From the NCBI RefSeq assembly GCF_043950625.1, contig NZ_CP171007.1: a DNA stretch of 32,000 nucleotides; one strand, given 5' to 3'. Origin of the DNA: Alkanindiges sp. WGS2144. GTDB taxonomy: Bacteria > Pseudomonadota > Gammaproteobacteria > Pseudomonadales > Moraxellaceae. Below, in pieces: positions 1-10,609 of this stretch. The notes under the pieces were generated by a model that saw only the letters and a list, made by a program, of their open reading frames with translations, searched no databases and was not told the DNA's origin. The position numbers and the translations under genes are program-made. The first letter of the stretch is position 1; the number at the start of each line of letters is the position of its first letter.

Positions 1-78
1 ATTAACTGCCCCGGGCTGGATGGCTCAGGGCTAAATGGTTCCGGTTTCTAGCATCAAGCGCTGTAACGTGCATGTCTG

Positions 79-1392
79 TTAACTATCCAGTGTTTCCAAG
101 CGAATGCGAACCACAGGTGCATGGATGGAATCCAGCTGCTCAATGCGGGTAATGGCTTCATTCATGCTGGCTTCCTGCACTGGCTGGGTGAGCAGGATAA
201 CGGGCACCCGTCCCTGATCATGTGCCGGTTTTTGCAAAATGGCGTCAATATTAATGCCAGCACGACTTAAAATGGTGGTGACTTCGGCCAGAACCCCTGG
301 GTGGTCTTCAGCATCCAGACGCAAATAATAGGCAGTGGTCATCTGGTCAGCGACCAGAATAGGCGTATCGGCCAGCGCATCCGGCTGAAAGGCTAAATGG
401 GGGACATAGCTGGCATTGTTCTGGGTACTGATAAAACGCACCAGATCCAGCACATCAGCCACCACCGCAGAGGCAGTCGGGCCAGCACCGGCACCAGCAC
501 CATAATACAGGGTGGGGCCCACGGCATTGGCCTGTACCAGCACGGCATTTTTAACGCCGTTGACATTGGCAATCAAACGGCTTTCCGGAATTAAAGTCGG
601 ATGCACGCGCAATTCAATGCCATGTGGCAGACGACGGGCAATGCCCAAATGCTTGATACGATAGCCCAGCTCTTCGGCATAATTGACGTCCTGAGCTGTT
701 AGCTTACTGATACCTTCGGTATAGACTTTTTCAAATTGCAGGGGAATGCCAAATGCAATAGAGGCCAGCAAAGTCAGCTTATGTGCTGCATCAATACCCT
801 CTACGTCAAAAGTTGGGTCAGCCTCGGCATAGCCCAATTCCTGCGCTTCTTTGAGCACATCGGCAAAGGCACGGCCTTTATCACGCATTTCGGTTAAAAT
901 AAAATTGCCAGTGCCGTTGATGATACCGGCCAGCCATTCAATCTTGTTGGCAGCCAGCCCTTCACGCATGACTTTAATGATGGGAATACCGCCAGCCACT
1001 GCTGCTTCAAAAGCAATTTGTACATGCTGCTGCTCGGCCTCGCGGAATAATTCATTGCCATGTTCGGCCAGAAGGGCTTTATTGGCAGTAACCACGTGCT
1101 TGCCGTGGCGAATGGCTTCGAGCACTACATCGTGCGCCAGTTGGGTGCCACCAATGACTTCGATGACAATATCCACGTCATCCTGACGTACAATAGACAT
1201 GAGATCATGGCTTTGGGCAATCCCGTCAAGCTTTAAGTCGGGGCGTGGGCGACGTGTACCCACGTGGGTAATCTGAATGTCCCGCCCGGTACGACGCGCA
1301 ATTTCTGCTGCGTTTTCCTGTAGTAGTTTTAAGGCGCCACCACCTACGGTGCCTAAGCCTAAAATCGCCAGCCGGACTGGTTTCACCGTCAT
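79..1392 (-). CDS. hom: homoserine dehydrogenase
   Basis: N-terminal Rossmann motif LAILGLGTVGGG, a central homoserine dehydrogenase catalytic region and a C-terminal ACT-like domain. The ORF track starts at a GTG at 1419. I prefer the ATG at 1392, which is preceded by GGGGG. Order xerD-dsbC-hom matches Pseudomonas. Confidence 0.9.
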   Translation of the reverse strand: MTVKPVRLAILGLGTVGGGALKLLQENAAEIARRTGRDIQITHVGTRRPRPDLKLDGIAQSHDLMSIVRQDDVDIVIEVIGGTQLAHDVVLEAIRHGKHVVTANKALLAEHGNELFREAEQQHVQIAFEAAVAGGIPIIKVMREGLAANKIEWLAGIINGTGNFILTEMRDKGRAFADVLKEAQELGYAEADPTFDVEGIDAAHKLTLLASIAFGIPLQFEKVYTEGISKLTAQDVNYAEELGYRIKHLGIARRLPHGIELRVHPTLIPESRLIANVNGVKNAVLVQANAVGPTLYYGAGAGAGPTASAVVADVLDLVRFISTQNNASYVPHLAFQPDALADTPILVADQMTTAYYLRLDAEDHPGVLAEVTTILSRAGINIDAILQKPAHDQGRVPVILLTQPVQEASMNEAITRIEQLDSIHAPVVRIRLETLDS

Positions 1393-1494
1393 ACCCCCAA
1401 CTTCATTAAATAAAGGCACAAATCATAGCCAAAAACGGCTGCTTGCACCAGTTAAAAATAGGAATTTGCTCACAGGGCGGGTAAAAAGGCCGGC

Positions 1495-1523
1495 ATAAAA
1501 AACAGGCCGCCTGAGCGACCTGT
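1495..1523 (-). terminator. Rho-independent terminator downstream of dsbC
   Basis: On the minus strand ACAGGTCGC-TCAG-GCGGCCTGT forms a 9-bp stem (one G-U pair) with a tetraloop, followed by TTTTTTAT. It lies 26 nt after the dsbC stop. Confidence 0.6.
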
Positions 1524-1548
1524 ATTAAAGAGCTAAAATGCCCGGATT

Positions 1549-2355
1549 TTACAGGCCTAAACGCTTGGCTAACTCATTGGCAGACATATATCCACCCAGA
1601 TATTTGCCATCAACACCATAGATGGCCGGTGTTCCATTAACACCAATTTGCTGGCCTAACCGGAACTGCTCTGCCACTGGGTTTTTGCATTGTGGGGCAT
1701 TGACTGGCAGGCCTTTAATGGCGGTATCAAACGCGGCATTGCGGTCTTCGCTACACCAGATGGAAGTCATCAAAGGCATAAACTGCTCGCCACGTGGCCA
1801 GGCCAGGTAACGTACTTCAATCCCTTTGGCATTAATAGCGGACATTTCCTCGTGCAGTTTGTGGCAGTATGGACAGCTGGCATCGGTAAACACATAGACA
1901 ACCGCACGGCTATTGCCGCTTGGTTTATAAATAATGGTGTCTTTAAGCTTAATGCCTGCCAGCAGATTTTTGGTATCACTGGCCTGTAGTTCTTCACTAA
2001 TATTATGAATATTGTTCTTATCCAGCCGTACCACATCGCCCTGAATAATATATTTGCCATCAGCCGTGGTATATACCGAAGGCATTCCTTCCAGGCTGAC
2101 CCAGTACAAGTTATTCAGTTCAGTACGCTGAACTCCAGTGATTTTGGCATTGATTCCGGCCGCCTTGAGGTTTTTGCTCAATGTGTCTTTTAAGCGGTTA
2201 TTGGCATTGCGCTCGGTGATGTCCAGTGCCTTGCCGGACGCAGGTGTGGTGGCAGTCAATGAGTTGTCAGCGGTAGATGAGTTATCAGCATTAGAGCAGG
2301 CAACCAGACCCAGACCTAGTACTGTAGAGGCTATTACTGTTAAGACTAACCGCAT
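1549..2355 (-). CDS. dsbC: DsbC/DsbG-type thiol:disulfide interchange protein (periplasmic disulfide isomerase), possibly lipidated
   Basis: Thioredoxin-fold active site DASCPYCHKLH in the C-terminal half and an N-terminal dimerisation-type region. The signal peptide ends in LVAC, which fits a lipobox. An AAGGAA Shine-Dalgarno sequence (SD) precedes the ATG. Confidence 0.85.
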   Translation of the reverse strand: MRLVLTVIASTVLGLGLVACSNADNSSTADNSLTATTPASGKALDITERNANNRLKDTLSKNLKAAGINAKITGVQRTELNNLYWVSLEGMPSVYTTADGKYIIQGDVVRLDKNNIHNISEELQASDTKNLLAGIKLKDTIIYKPSGNSRAVVYVFTDASCPYCHKLHEEMSAINAKGIEVRYLAWPRGEQFMPLMTSIWCSEDRNAAFDTAIKGLPVNAPQCKNPVAEQFRLGQQIGVNGTPAIYGVDGKYLGGYMSANELAKRLGL

Positions 2356-2373
2356 AATAATTCCTTAACTTGA

Positions 2374-2400
2374 GCAAATAAAAACCAGTCTGTGCTGGTT
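2374..2400 (-). terminator. hairpin with T-run downstream of xerD (weak terminator candidate)
   Basis: On the minus strand AACCAG-CACAGA-CTGGTT is followed by TTTTATTTG. The stem is only 6 bp and it sits about 20 nt upstream of the dsbC start. Confidence 0.35.
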
Positions 2401-2496
2401 AAAAGCGCGACAGCATAACAAAAAAGCGATGAGGCGTCTTTAGATGACAACTATTTTTCTGTGAGCAAATATGGCAGCCACTGTATGTACAGGCTT

Positions 2497-3441
2497 TTAG
2501 CCGCGCGGGTGATGTTGCAGATGCAGCGCTTTTAACCGGGCGCGTGCCACGTGAGTATAGATTTGGGTAGTAGACAAGTCACTGTGCCCGAGCAGCATTT
2601 GTACTGCTCGCAGATCGGCACCATGGTTTAGCAAATGCGTGGCGAACGCGTGACGCAGGGTATGTGGGGACAGTTCGGTTTGAATATTAGCCTGTAGGGC
2701 ATAACGCTTGATACTGTACCAGAAGTTTTGCCGGGTCATCAGGCCCCCGCGAGTGCTTAAGAACACACCGTTATGCTGCTGCCGGGTTAGCGCTGGACGA
2801 CCATCTTGCAGATATTTTTCCAGCCATTCTACGGCAACCTCACCCAGCGGTACCAGTCGTTCCTTATTGCCCTTGCCTTTGACCCGCAGGAAGCCAGCCC
2901 GCAAGTTAAGGGCTTCAAGCGGCAGGCCAATGAGTTCAGTGACCCGCAAGCCGCAGGCGTATAGCACCTCCAGCATGGCACGATCTCGTAAGCCAATAGG
3001 TGTGTTAATGTCTGGCGCATCCAGCAGGGATTCTACATCTTCCTGGCTTAAATCTTTGGGCAGCGGCCGCCCCTGTTGTGGATTTTTATGATCCTGAACC
3101 GGGTTATCCTCGCGTGTACCCAGTTCGCGCTGGTGCTTAAAAAACTGTCGTAGCGCCGATAAAGCCCGGCCAATGGAGCGCGGGCTTTTTTGTTGTTGCT
3201 GTAAAAACATTAAATAATCATCGACCTGGATTTTGCTCCAGGCCGGTAGGTCTACGTCGATAAAATCCTGCGCCTGACAGAGATCAGATAAATAGGCATT
3301 GCGGGTATGGGGGCTCATGGCTTGCCCAATCAGATACTCACGGAACTGCTGTAACCATGGCGCGTGTACAGGCAGCTTGACCGGCGTGGGCAGGCGTGGT
3401 GTTCTGGTAATGGTCTGACGTACAGGAGCAGAAGATGGCAT
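2497..3441 (-). CDS. xerD: site-specific tyrosine recombinase XerD
   Basis: Near-collinear with the remembered E. coli XerD sequence: LEVLYACGLRVTEL, GKGNKERLVPLG, HTLRHAFATHLLNHGADLRAVQMLLGHSDLSTTQIYTHV. The GTG at 3507 adds an implausible hydrophobic extension, so I used the ATG at 3441. The start remains uncertain. Confidence 0.9.
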   Translation of the reverse strand: MPSSAPVRQTITRTPRLPTPVKLPVHAPWLQQFREYLIGQAMSPHTRNAYLSDLCQAQDFIDVDLPAWSKIQVDDYLMFLQQQQKSPRSIGRALSALRQFFKHQRELGTREDNPVQDHKNPQQGRPLPKDLSQEDVESLLDAPDINTPIGLRDRAMLEVLYACGLRVTELIGLPLEALNLRAGFLRVKGKGNKERLVPLGEVAVEWLEKYLQDGRPALTRQQHNGVFLSTRGGLMTRQNFWYSIKRYALQANIQTELSPHTLRHAFATHLLNHGADLRAVQMLLGHSDLSTTQIYTHVARARLKALHLQHHPRG

Positions 3442-3696
3442 GGCAATACGGGCAACGGTAAAAGTAGTGAACGAAACCAGTGTGATGGTTAGTTTTGCGA
3501 TGGTCACAGCTTAAACTATTTTCAACCTTAAATGATTTAACTGACGTGAAATGACCAGCACACTTGTATAATGATGCCTAAACTTTCTGTGTTTATTAAG
3601 AGAAAATTAATAATAAGCCTTATGACTAACCGATTTGTAAACAAAATGGCTTTTTTCATAGGATTTATTGCGCTAAGCGATTACACTTCACATATG

Positions 3697-3715
3697 GTAA
3701 ATAATTCTCATTCTG
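3697..3715. promoter_or_regulatory. candidate Fur box upstream of feoA
   Basis: The reverse complement CAGAATGAGAATTATTTAC matches 13 of 19 positions of the GATAATGATAATCATTATC consensus by my hand alignment. It lies 19 nt upstream of the feoA ATG in an AT-rich spacer. Confidence 0.4.
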
Positions 3716-3733
3716 ACTTTGATTTTTTGGACA

Positions 3734-4006
3734 ATGACTGTGCAACTTTCTAAGCTCAAACGTGATCAGCTGGCAGTGATCACCGCAGTGATGTCAGCTG
3801 CCCCCGTACAATCTATGGCGGCTGCCCCGGTAGATGCCATTGGCAAGCGTTTGACCACGCTTGGTTTTGTACCCGGGGAGCAGGTAAAGGTGCTGGCTAT
3901 GGGGTTGTTTGGCCGTGACCCTATTTTGGTACAAATTGGTTTTACCCGGTTTGCATTACGGCGGGCAGAAGCAGAGCGTATAGAGGTTGAGGCAATAGAC
4001 CCATGA
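3734..4006 (+). CDS. feoA: ferrous iron transport protein FeoA
   Basis: Small SH3-like FeoA pattern (LTTLGFVPGEQVKVL...GDPILVQIGFTRFALRRAEAERIEV). Its stop overlaps the feoB start (ATGA). I chose the ATG at 3734 over the TTG at 3719. Confidence 0.85.
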   Translation: MTVQLSKLKRDQLAVITAVMSAAPVQSMAAAPVDAIGKRLTTLGFVPGEQVKVLAMGLFGRDPILVQIGFTRFALRRAEAERIEVEAIDP

Positions 4007-5880
4007 GTTCAGTAGACACGATTACCCGGGTAGAAAATAGCACGCGGGTAGAAAATATTGCGCTGGTGGGTAACCCCAACTGTGGCAAAACTTCCCTGTT
4101 TAACCACTTGACTGGTGCGCGGCAAAAAGTGGCTAATTATGCCGGTGTGACCGTTGAGCGCAAGGAAGGGTTTGTACGCCTGCCTTCGGGTCGCAGCATT
4201 CGGGTGCTGGATTTGCCTGGCGCGTATAGTCTGGATGCAACCAGTCCTGATGAGGCCATTACCCGGGCAGTATGTCTGGGCGAGCTGCCGGGCGAAAAGC
4301 TGCCGGATCTACTGGTCTGTGTGGTGGATGCTACCAACCTGCGCCTGCATTTGAGTTTTGCACTGGAAGTGCGCCAGCTGGGCCGGCCGATGCTGCTGGT
4401 GCTGAACATGATGGATGAAGCCAAACGTCGCGGCATTAAAATTGATAGTCAGAAACTGGCGCAGGAAATTGGCATTCCGGTGGTGGAGGCCGTGGCGATT
4501 AAGTCCAGCGGTGTGGCAGACCTGCTGATGACGCTGGATCAGGCTGAATTTCAGGCTACCACGCCAGTTGAAAACCTGGATCGGCATGCCGAAGTCACCC
4601 GTATTTTGCAAGAAACGGTGCATATTCCCGAGTTTACCGACCATCGTACCGAATTTCTGGATCGGCTGTTTTTGCATCCGGTGCTGGGTCTGCTGTCGCT
4701 GGCAGTACTGATGTTTGTGGTGTTTCAGGCGGTATTTGCCTGGGCTGAGCCATTTATGGAAGCCATTGTGACAGGTTTTGACTGGCTGGGTGAAGTGGCT
4801 GGCACCTATATTGGCAATGATCTGTTACGCAGTCTGATGGTGGATGGCATTATTGCCGGCGTAGGTGGCGTGCTGGAGTTTTTGCCACAGATTCTGATCT
4901 TGTTCTTTTTTATTTTGGTACTGGAAGAAACAGGTTATTTACCCCGCGCGGCTTTTTTGCTGGATAAGCTGATGTTCAAGGCTGGTTTGAGTGGCCGGGC
5001 TTTTATTCCCTTATTGTCCAGTTTTGCCTGTGCCATTCCGGGCATTATGGCAACCCGTACCATCAACGACCCGCGCGACCGCCTGACGACTATTATGGTT
5101 GCGCCACTGATGACCTGTTCGGCACGCTTACCGGTGTATGCCCTACTCATTGGTGCATTTATTCCAGCCCAGAAAGTATGGGGCGTGTTTAGTTTGCAGG
5201 GGCTGGTGCTGTTTGCCCTGTATATGGCCGGTATTGTGAGTGCGCTGCTGGTGTCCTATGTGATTAAGCTGTTTAGACGCGATAAAAGCGAACACGCGCT
5301 GATTATGGAGTTGCCCAGTTATCGGATTCCCAATTTATGGAATGTGTTGCTGGGCGTGTATGAGCGCGGCTTAATTTTTTTAAAGCGGGTGGGCGGCATT
5401 ATTTTTGCCTTAACCGTGTTGTTATGGTTCCTGTCGTCTTTTCCTGCACCGCCGGAAGGGGCAACCTTGCCAGCGATTGACTACAGTTTTGCCGGACGTT
5501 TGGGACACTGGATTCAGCCTATATTTGCACCACTGGGCTTTACCTGGGAAATCTGTGTGGCTCTGATTCCGGCCATGGCCGCGCGTGAGGTGGTGGTAGC
5601 CGCGCTGGGTACGGTATATGCCCTGTCCGGCACGGATGAAGATGCCATTGCCCAGGGCTTGGGCCAGTATATTACCGGGGAAAATGGCTGGAGTATGGCC
5701 ACTGGTTTGTCGTTACTGGTCTGGTTTATTTTTGCACCGCACTGTTTGGCAACACTGGCTACAGTCAAGCGGGAAACTGGTTCATGGCGATACGTTGCCA
5801 TCATGAGCGTTTATTTGTTTGGTCTGGCTTATCTGGCTTCACTGGTCACTTATCAGGTAGCAAGTTATTACTGGGGCTAA
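4003..5880 (+). CDS. feoB: ferrous iron transporter FeoB (G-protein domain plus membrane permease)
   Basis: N-terminal GTPase motifs GNPNCGKTSLFN and DLPG, followed by a polytopic membrane domain with a C-terminal Gate-type region. Confidence 0.95.
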   Translation: MSSVDTITRVENSTRVENIALVGNPNCGKTSLFNHLTGARQKVANYAGVTVERKEGFVRLPSGRSIRVLDLPGAYSLDATSPDEAITRAVCLGELPGEKLPDLLVCVVDATNLRLHLSFALEVRQLGRPMLLVLNMMDEAKRRGIKIDSQKLAQEIGIPVVEAVAIKSSGVADLLMTLDQAEFQATTPVENLDRHAEVTRILQETVHIPEFTDHRTEFLDRLFLHPVLGLLSLAVLMFVVFQAVFAWAEPFMEAIVTGFDWLGEVAGTYIGNDLLRSLMVDGIIAGVGGVLEFLPQILILFFFILVLEETGYLPRAAFLLDKLMFKAGLSGRAFIPLLSSFACAIPGIMATRTINDPRDRLTTIMVAPLMTCSARLPVYALLIGAFIPAQKVWGVFSLQGLVLFALYMAGIVSALLVSYVIKLFRRDKSEHALIMELPSYRIPNLWNVLLGVYERGLIFLKRVGGIIFALTVLLWFLSSFPAPPEGATLPAIDYSFAGRLGHWIQPIFAPLGFTWEICVALIPAMAAREVVVAALGTVYALSGTDEDAIAQGLGQYITGENGWSMATGLSLLVWFIFAPHCLATLATVKRETGSWRYVAIMSVYLFGLAYLASLVTYQVASYYWG

Positions 5881-6010
5881 ACGATGACAAGGGCTTGGCA
5901 AGGTTTGACTTTAGAAGGCAGGGTCTAGAAGCAGCGTTTAGCATGTACGATTAACCAAGAGCATGGGTACCAGGCATTTGGTCTTGTACCCATAGGCAAA
6001 GGAGTAGGCA

Positions 6011-6316
6011 ATGGATAACCTGATTGAATATCTGATTGTTGCAGTGATTTTGCTGTGGAGCTGCTACGTGGTGGTGCGCCGTTTTATGCCTAAAACCAGC
6101 TTTAAGGTGTTACAGGCGCTTGCTGTGTGGCTGGAACAAAAAGGTCAGGTGCGGCTGGGTCAGTGGGTTAAACCCAGTATTGTGCAGGGTAGCTGCTCTT
6201 CCGGCTGTTCTGATTGTAGTGTGGTTACTTCTGACACTGCCTGTTCAACGGGTGCTGCCAAAACCGCTGCGACCCAAAATGATACAGCAAAGGAGCAGCC
6301 CGTCCAGTGGCGCTAA
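6011..6316 (+). CDS. small membrane protein with a Cys-rich segment, feoB-associated (function unknown)
   Basis: One N-terminal TM helix (YLIVAVILLWSCYVVV, then RRF), then GSCSSGCSDCS and a polar tail. An AAAGGAG SD precedes the ATG. Its position directly after feoB is the only functional hint. Confidence 0.6.
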   Translation: MDNLIEYLIVAVILLWSCYVVVRRFMPKTSFKVLQALAVWLEQKGQVRLGQWVKPSIVQGSCSSGCSDCSVVTSDTACSTGAAKTAATQNDTAKEQPVQWR

Positions 6317-6426
6317 AAAACTTTTGTTAAAAACCTCTTATAATACAAAAAACTACATAAAGGCATTGGCTCAACTGGAACCAGTTTAGTAGCTTTGGGC
6401 GCTAAAAATTACCCTTTGAGCCTGTT

Positions 6427-7587
6427 ATGGATCATTCCAGTCAAACCCTGATGCAGCGTAATGTCAGCATTGATATATTGCGTGGGGTTTCTATTATTCT
6501 GGTGCTATTGCATCACTTCAATATTCCCTACAAGTTACACGACACCTGGCTTTCCATGGATGTGCTGGGTCAAAGCCTGATCACTGCCATTGCCCGTAAT
6601 GGTAATTATGGTGTGACCATGTTTTTTGTGATTTCCGGTTTTTTAATCACCTCGCATACGCTGGGGCGCTGGCAACAGCTCAAGCAGATTGATATCCGCT
6701 ATTTTTACTGGTCACGGGTGGCGCGTTTGTTGCCCTGCCTGATGCTACTTTTGTTGATCGTCAATGTTCTTGGTGGTTTTGAGCTCAAGCCTTTTATGAA
6801 TCAGGCACCCAATGGCATTGCGGTTTCCAGTAGCCTAACCAACCTTGCTGCGCTTAGCTTTTGGATGAATGTGCTGATCATTAAATATGGCTGGGTAAAT
6901 TATGCGCTGGGAGTGCTGTGGTCATTATCGGTTGAAGAAATATTTTATCTGGCGTTTCCGATTGCCTGTATAGGCTTAAAAACCCTGCGCCAGTTTGCGG
7001 TTTTTCTACTATTTTTTATTATTACCGCTCCGATTTATCGCTGGCTGCATTTTGCTGAGGAAAGCGGTGCTTATTTGTATGGTTATCTGGCCAGTTTTGA
7101 TGGCATTGCTATAGGCTGTGGGGCAGCATTGCTGGCGCAGTCCATCAATTTTGAGCGTCTTGGTCAAAGATGGGTACAACTGCTGACCATTAGCCTGATG
7201 GTGGCACTGTATCTGTACGCACCAATCAAGGAGGTTAGCCCTTTAGGCATCAGTATTATGGCTTGTGGTACGGCTGTTTTGATTTTAGGGCGCTTAAATT
7301 CCAGCTCAAATCAGTATACAGGGGTAGCTAAGCGTGGCTTGAGCACACTCGGCCGCTATAGTTATGAGCTGTATTTGTTTCATCTGGTCATTTTGGGCTT
7401 AATCAAGGTAATAGCACCGCCGCTCATGGTAAGTGGTAATGAAAAGCTGCTGTGGTTGGCGGTATTTTTGGCGGGTACGCTACTGCTGGCCTTTGTGATT
7501 GCCCGATTTTATTCCATCCCATTAAACCGGTGGATTCGGCAAAAATTTCCATTTAGACCCACTAAAAATTCAAGCCTGATGAAATGA
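6427..7587 (+). CDS. acyltransferase family 3 (membrane O-acyltransferase)
   Basis: Polytopic membrane protein with the family-typical N-terminus (IDILRGVSIILVLLHHF) and FFVISGFLIT motif. Confidence 0.8.
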   Translation: MDHSSQTLMQRNVSIDILRGVSIILVLLHHFNIPYKLHDTWLSMDVLGQSLITAIARNGNYGVTMFFVISGFLITSHTLGRWQQLKQIDIRYFYWSRVARLLPCLMLLLLIVNVLGGFELKPFMNQAPNGIAVSSSLTNLAALSFWMNVLIIKYGWVNYALGVLWSLSVEEIFYLAFPIACIGLKTLRQFAVFLLFFIITAPIYRWLHFAEESGAYLYGYLASFDGIAIGCGAALLAQSINFERLGQRWVQLLTISLMVALYLYAPIKEVSPLGISIMACGTAVLILGRLNSSSNQYTGVAKRGLSTLGRYSYELYLFHLVILGLIKVIAPPLMVSGNEKLLWLAVFLAGTLLLAFVIARFYSIPLNRWIRQKFPFRPTKNSSLMK

Positions 7588-7699
7588 TGCTTAGGGTGAT
7601 GAGCGATAAGCTGTGAATTCTGGCATTGCTTTGTCGATCATTCACAAAAAAATCTGCCTGGTTGATAGGTCAAACTGTCGCAAAGCATGGCAGTAGTGA

Positions 7700-9103
<1,404 letters not shown>

Positions 9104-9325
9104 GAAGCGTTTTCCGGGCGTATGAGGAGCTTTACGGGATATATCCCTCATCTGCAGGAGGCTGTGCCGGGCTTTTTGCTAGAGTGGCTAGCTTAGCCAC
9201 TGTACATAGTACTTTTTTAGGTAAGGTATAGCGCTGTGCGTTGACCCAGAAAAGAGAACTGACAGGACATAATACTGGTTGTGACGGTGTAATAAGTTAC
9301 GCCAAGGAACAGGAAAAAAATTAAC

Positions 9326-10504
9326 ATGATGCTTGCTTTGCGCCAGTGGTGGAATAAGCGACCGACCCCGCAGATACTGACCCGGCTTAACCATGAGGTC
9401 AGCGCCAGACGCCTGCTGGTATTTAGTGTGATTTGTCTGCTGTGCCTGGGCACAGTCATGATTACTTCGGCATCCATGCCATATGGTGAGTATATTAATG
9501 GCCAGCCGCTGTACTTCATCAAGCGACATCTGATTTACCTGCTGCTGGGTGCGCTGGTGTTGTTTGCCAGTTATGCCATACCGCTACGCTACTGGTTTAA
9601 AAATACCATTTTGCTATGGTTAATTGCACTTGGCTTGCTGACGGTGGTATTAATGCTGCCAGAAGTGAATGGTTCCAAGCGCTGGATCAGTTTTCCGGGC
9701 TTTACCTTTCAGCCTTCAGAATTTGCCAAGTTTGTCATGGTTATTTTTGTGGCTGATTATGTGGTACGTCGCTCTGATGAAATCCGATTTCGTTTCAAGG
9801 GACTACTGAGGCTATTGTTCCCGCTGGGCAGTGTGACTTTGCTGGTGATGCTGGAGCCTGACCTGGGTGCTTCGGTTGTTATTGTTGGCAGCGTCATGGC
9901 GGTATTCTTTCTAGCGGGTTCGCCGCTTAAACCTTTTTTGATTGTGTTGGCGATTGCGCTTGGGGCAGGCGCTTCAGCCATTATCTTTTCACCATGGCGA
10001 GCCAAGCGCCTGATGTCATTTACCAATCCATGGGCAGATGAACAGGGCACCGGATATCAGCTTAAGCAAAGCTTGATTGCCTTTGGGCGCGGCGAATGGA
10101 CAGGCACCGGGCTGGGTCACAGTGTACAAAAGCTATCTTATCTGCCAGAGGCACACACGGATTTTATGCTGGCCATTGTGGGTGAAGAGCTGGGTTTTGT
10201 TGGCATTACCATTTTGTTTAGCCTGTCATTTTTAATGGTGGCAGCCTGTATGCGTATTGGCTATCTGGCCCTAAAAAACAATCATCTGCGTGCAGGGTAC
10301 CTGGCCTATGGCGTTGCGGTGATTTTTACGATTCAAATTTGCGTGAATGGCGGCATGAATATGGGATTATTGCCCACCAAAGGCTTAACGTTACCGTTTA
10401 TTAGTTATGGAGGGACGGCGCTGGTGATTTCCCTGATGATGATCGGAGTGATTTTACGCATTGAAAAAGAAACGCGCGACTCTGCATCAGCCCGCGAAAC
10501 CTGA
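9326..10504 (+). CDS. ftsW: cell-division SEDS protein FtsW
   Basis: Ten-TM SEDS family pattern (SEFAKF, HTDFMLAIVGEELGF, PTKGLTLPFISYGG). It lies immediately downstream of murD, as in dcw clusters. Confidence 0.9.
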   Translation: MMLALRQWWNKRPTPQILTRLNHEVSARRLLVFSVICLLCLGTVMITSASMPYGEYINGQPLYFIKRHLIYLLLGALVLFASYAIPLRYWFKNTILLWLIALGLLTVVLMLPEVNGSKRWISFPGFTFQPSEFAKFVMVIFVADYVVRRSDEIRFRFKGLLRLLFPLGSVTLLVMLEPDLGASVVIVGSVMAVFFLAGSPLKPFLIVLAIALGAGASAIIFSPWRAKRLMSFTNPWADEQGTGYQLKQSLIAFGRGEWTGTGLGHSVQKLSYLPEAHTDFMLAIVGEELGFVGITILFSLSFLMVAACMRIGYLALKNNHLRAGYLAYGVAVIFTIQICVNGGMNMGLLPTKGLTLPFISYGGTALVISLMMIGVILRIEKETRDSASARET

Positions 10505-10523
10505 TCAATTGATAGAAGCAGAA

Positions 10524-10550
10524 AGGCGACAGTGGTCGCCTTTTGTTTTT
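10524..10550 (+). terminator. Rho-independent terminator of ftsW
   Basis: AGGCGAC-AGTG-GTCGCCT forms a 7-bp stem with a tetraloop, followed by TTTTGTTTTT. It lies 20 nt after the ftsW stop. Confidence 0.75.
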
Positions 10551-10609
10551 AAGGAAATAACCCCATTTTATCTGTAAAATGACTGGTGTTTTTTACATTA
10601 GCCACTACT

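Noticed and set aside
1-78. Possible start of thrC downstream of hom, as expected from Pseudomonas gene order
   Set aside because: The only minus-strand ATG (70-72) opens a frame that hits a stop within the window. The other frames lack a start, so nothing can be supported from 78 nt.
3564-3576. TTGTATAATGAT: a perfect TATAAT overlapped by a Fur half-site-like TATAATGAT, about 165 nt upstream of feoA
   Set aside because: Only 8-9 positions match before the similarity to the 19-bp Fur consensus collapses, and no suitably spaced -35 element is present. I kept only the better 13/19 site at 3697-3715.
3571-3753. 60-aa plus-strand ORF in the xerD-feoA spacer
   Set aside because: It lies in an AT-rich intergenic region, is Phe/Ile/Asn/Lys-rich as expected by composition, overlaps the feoA start and the Fur-box candidate, and has no SD.
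9188-9529. 113-aa and 101-aa minus-strand ORFs spanning the murD-ftsW spacer and the ftsW 5' end
   Set aside because: They overlap the ftsW start on the opposite strand, lack ribosome-binding sites and have an odd His/Trp/Cys-rich composition. The spacer is better explained by the hairpins described in the findings.
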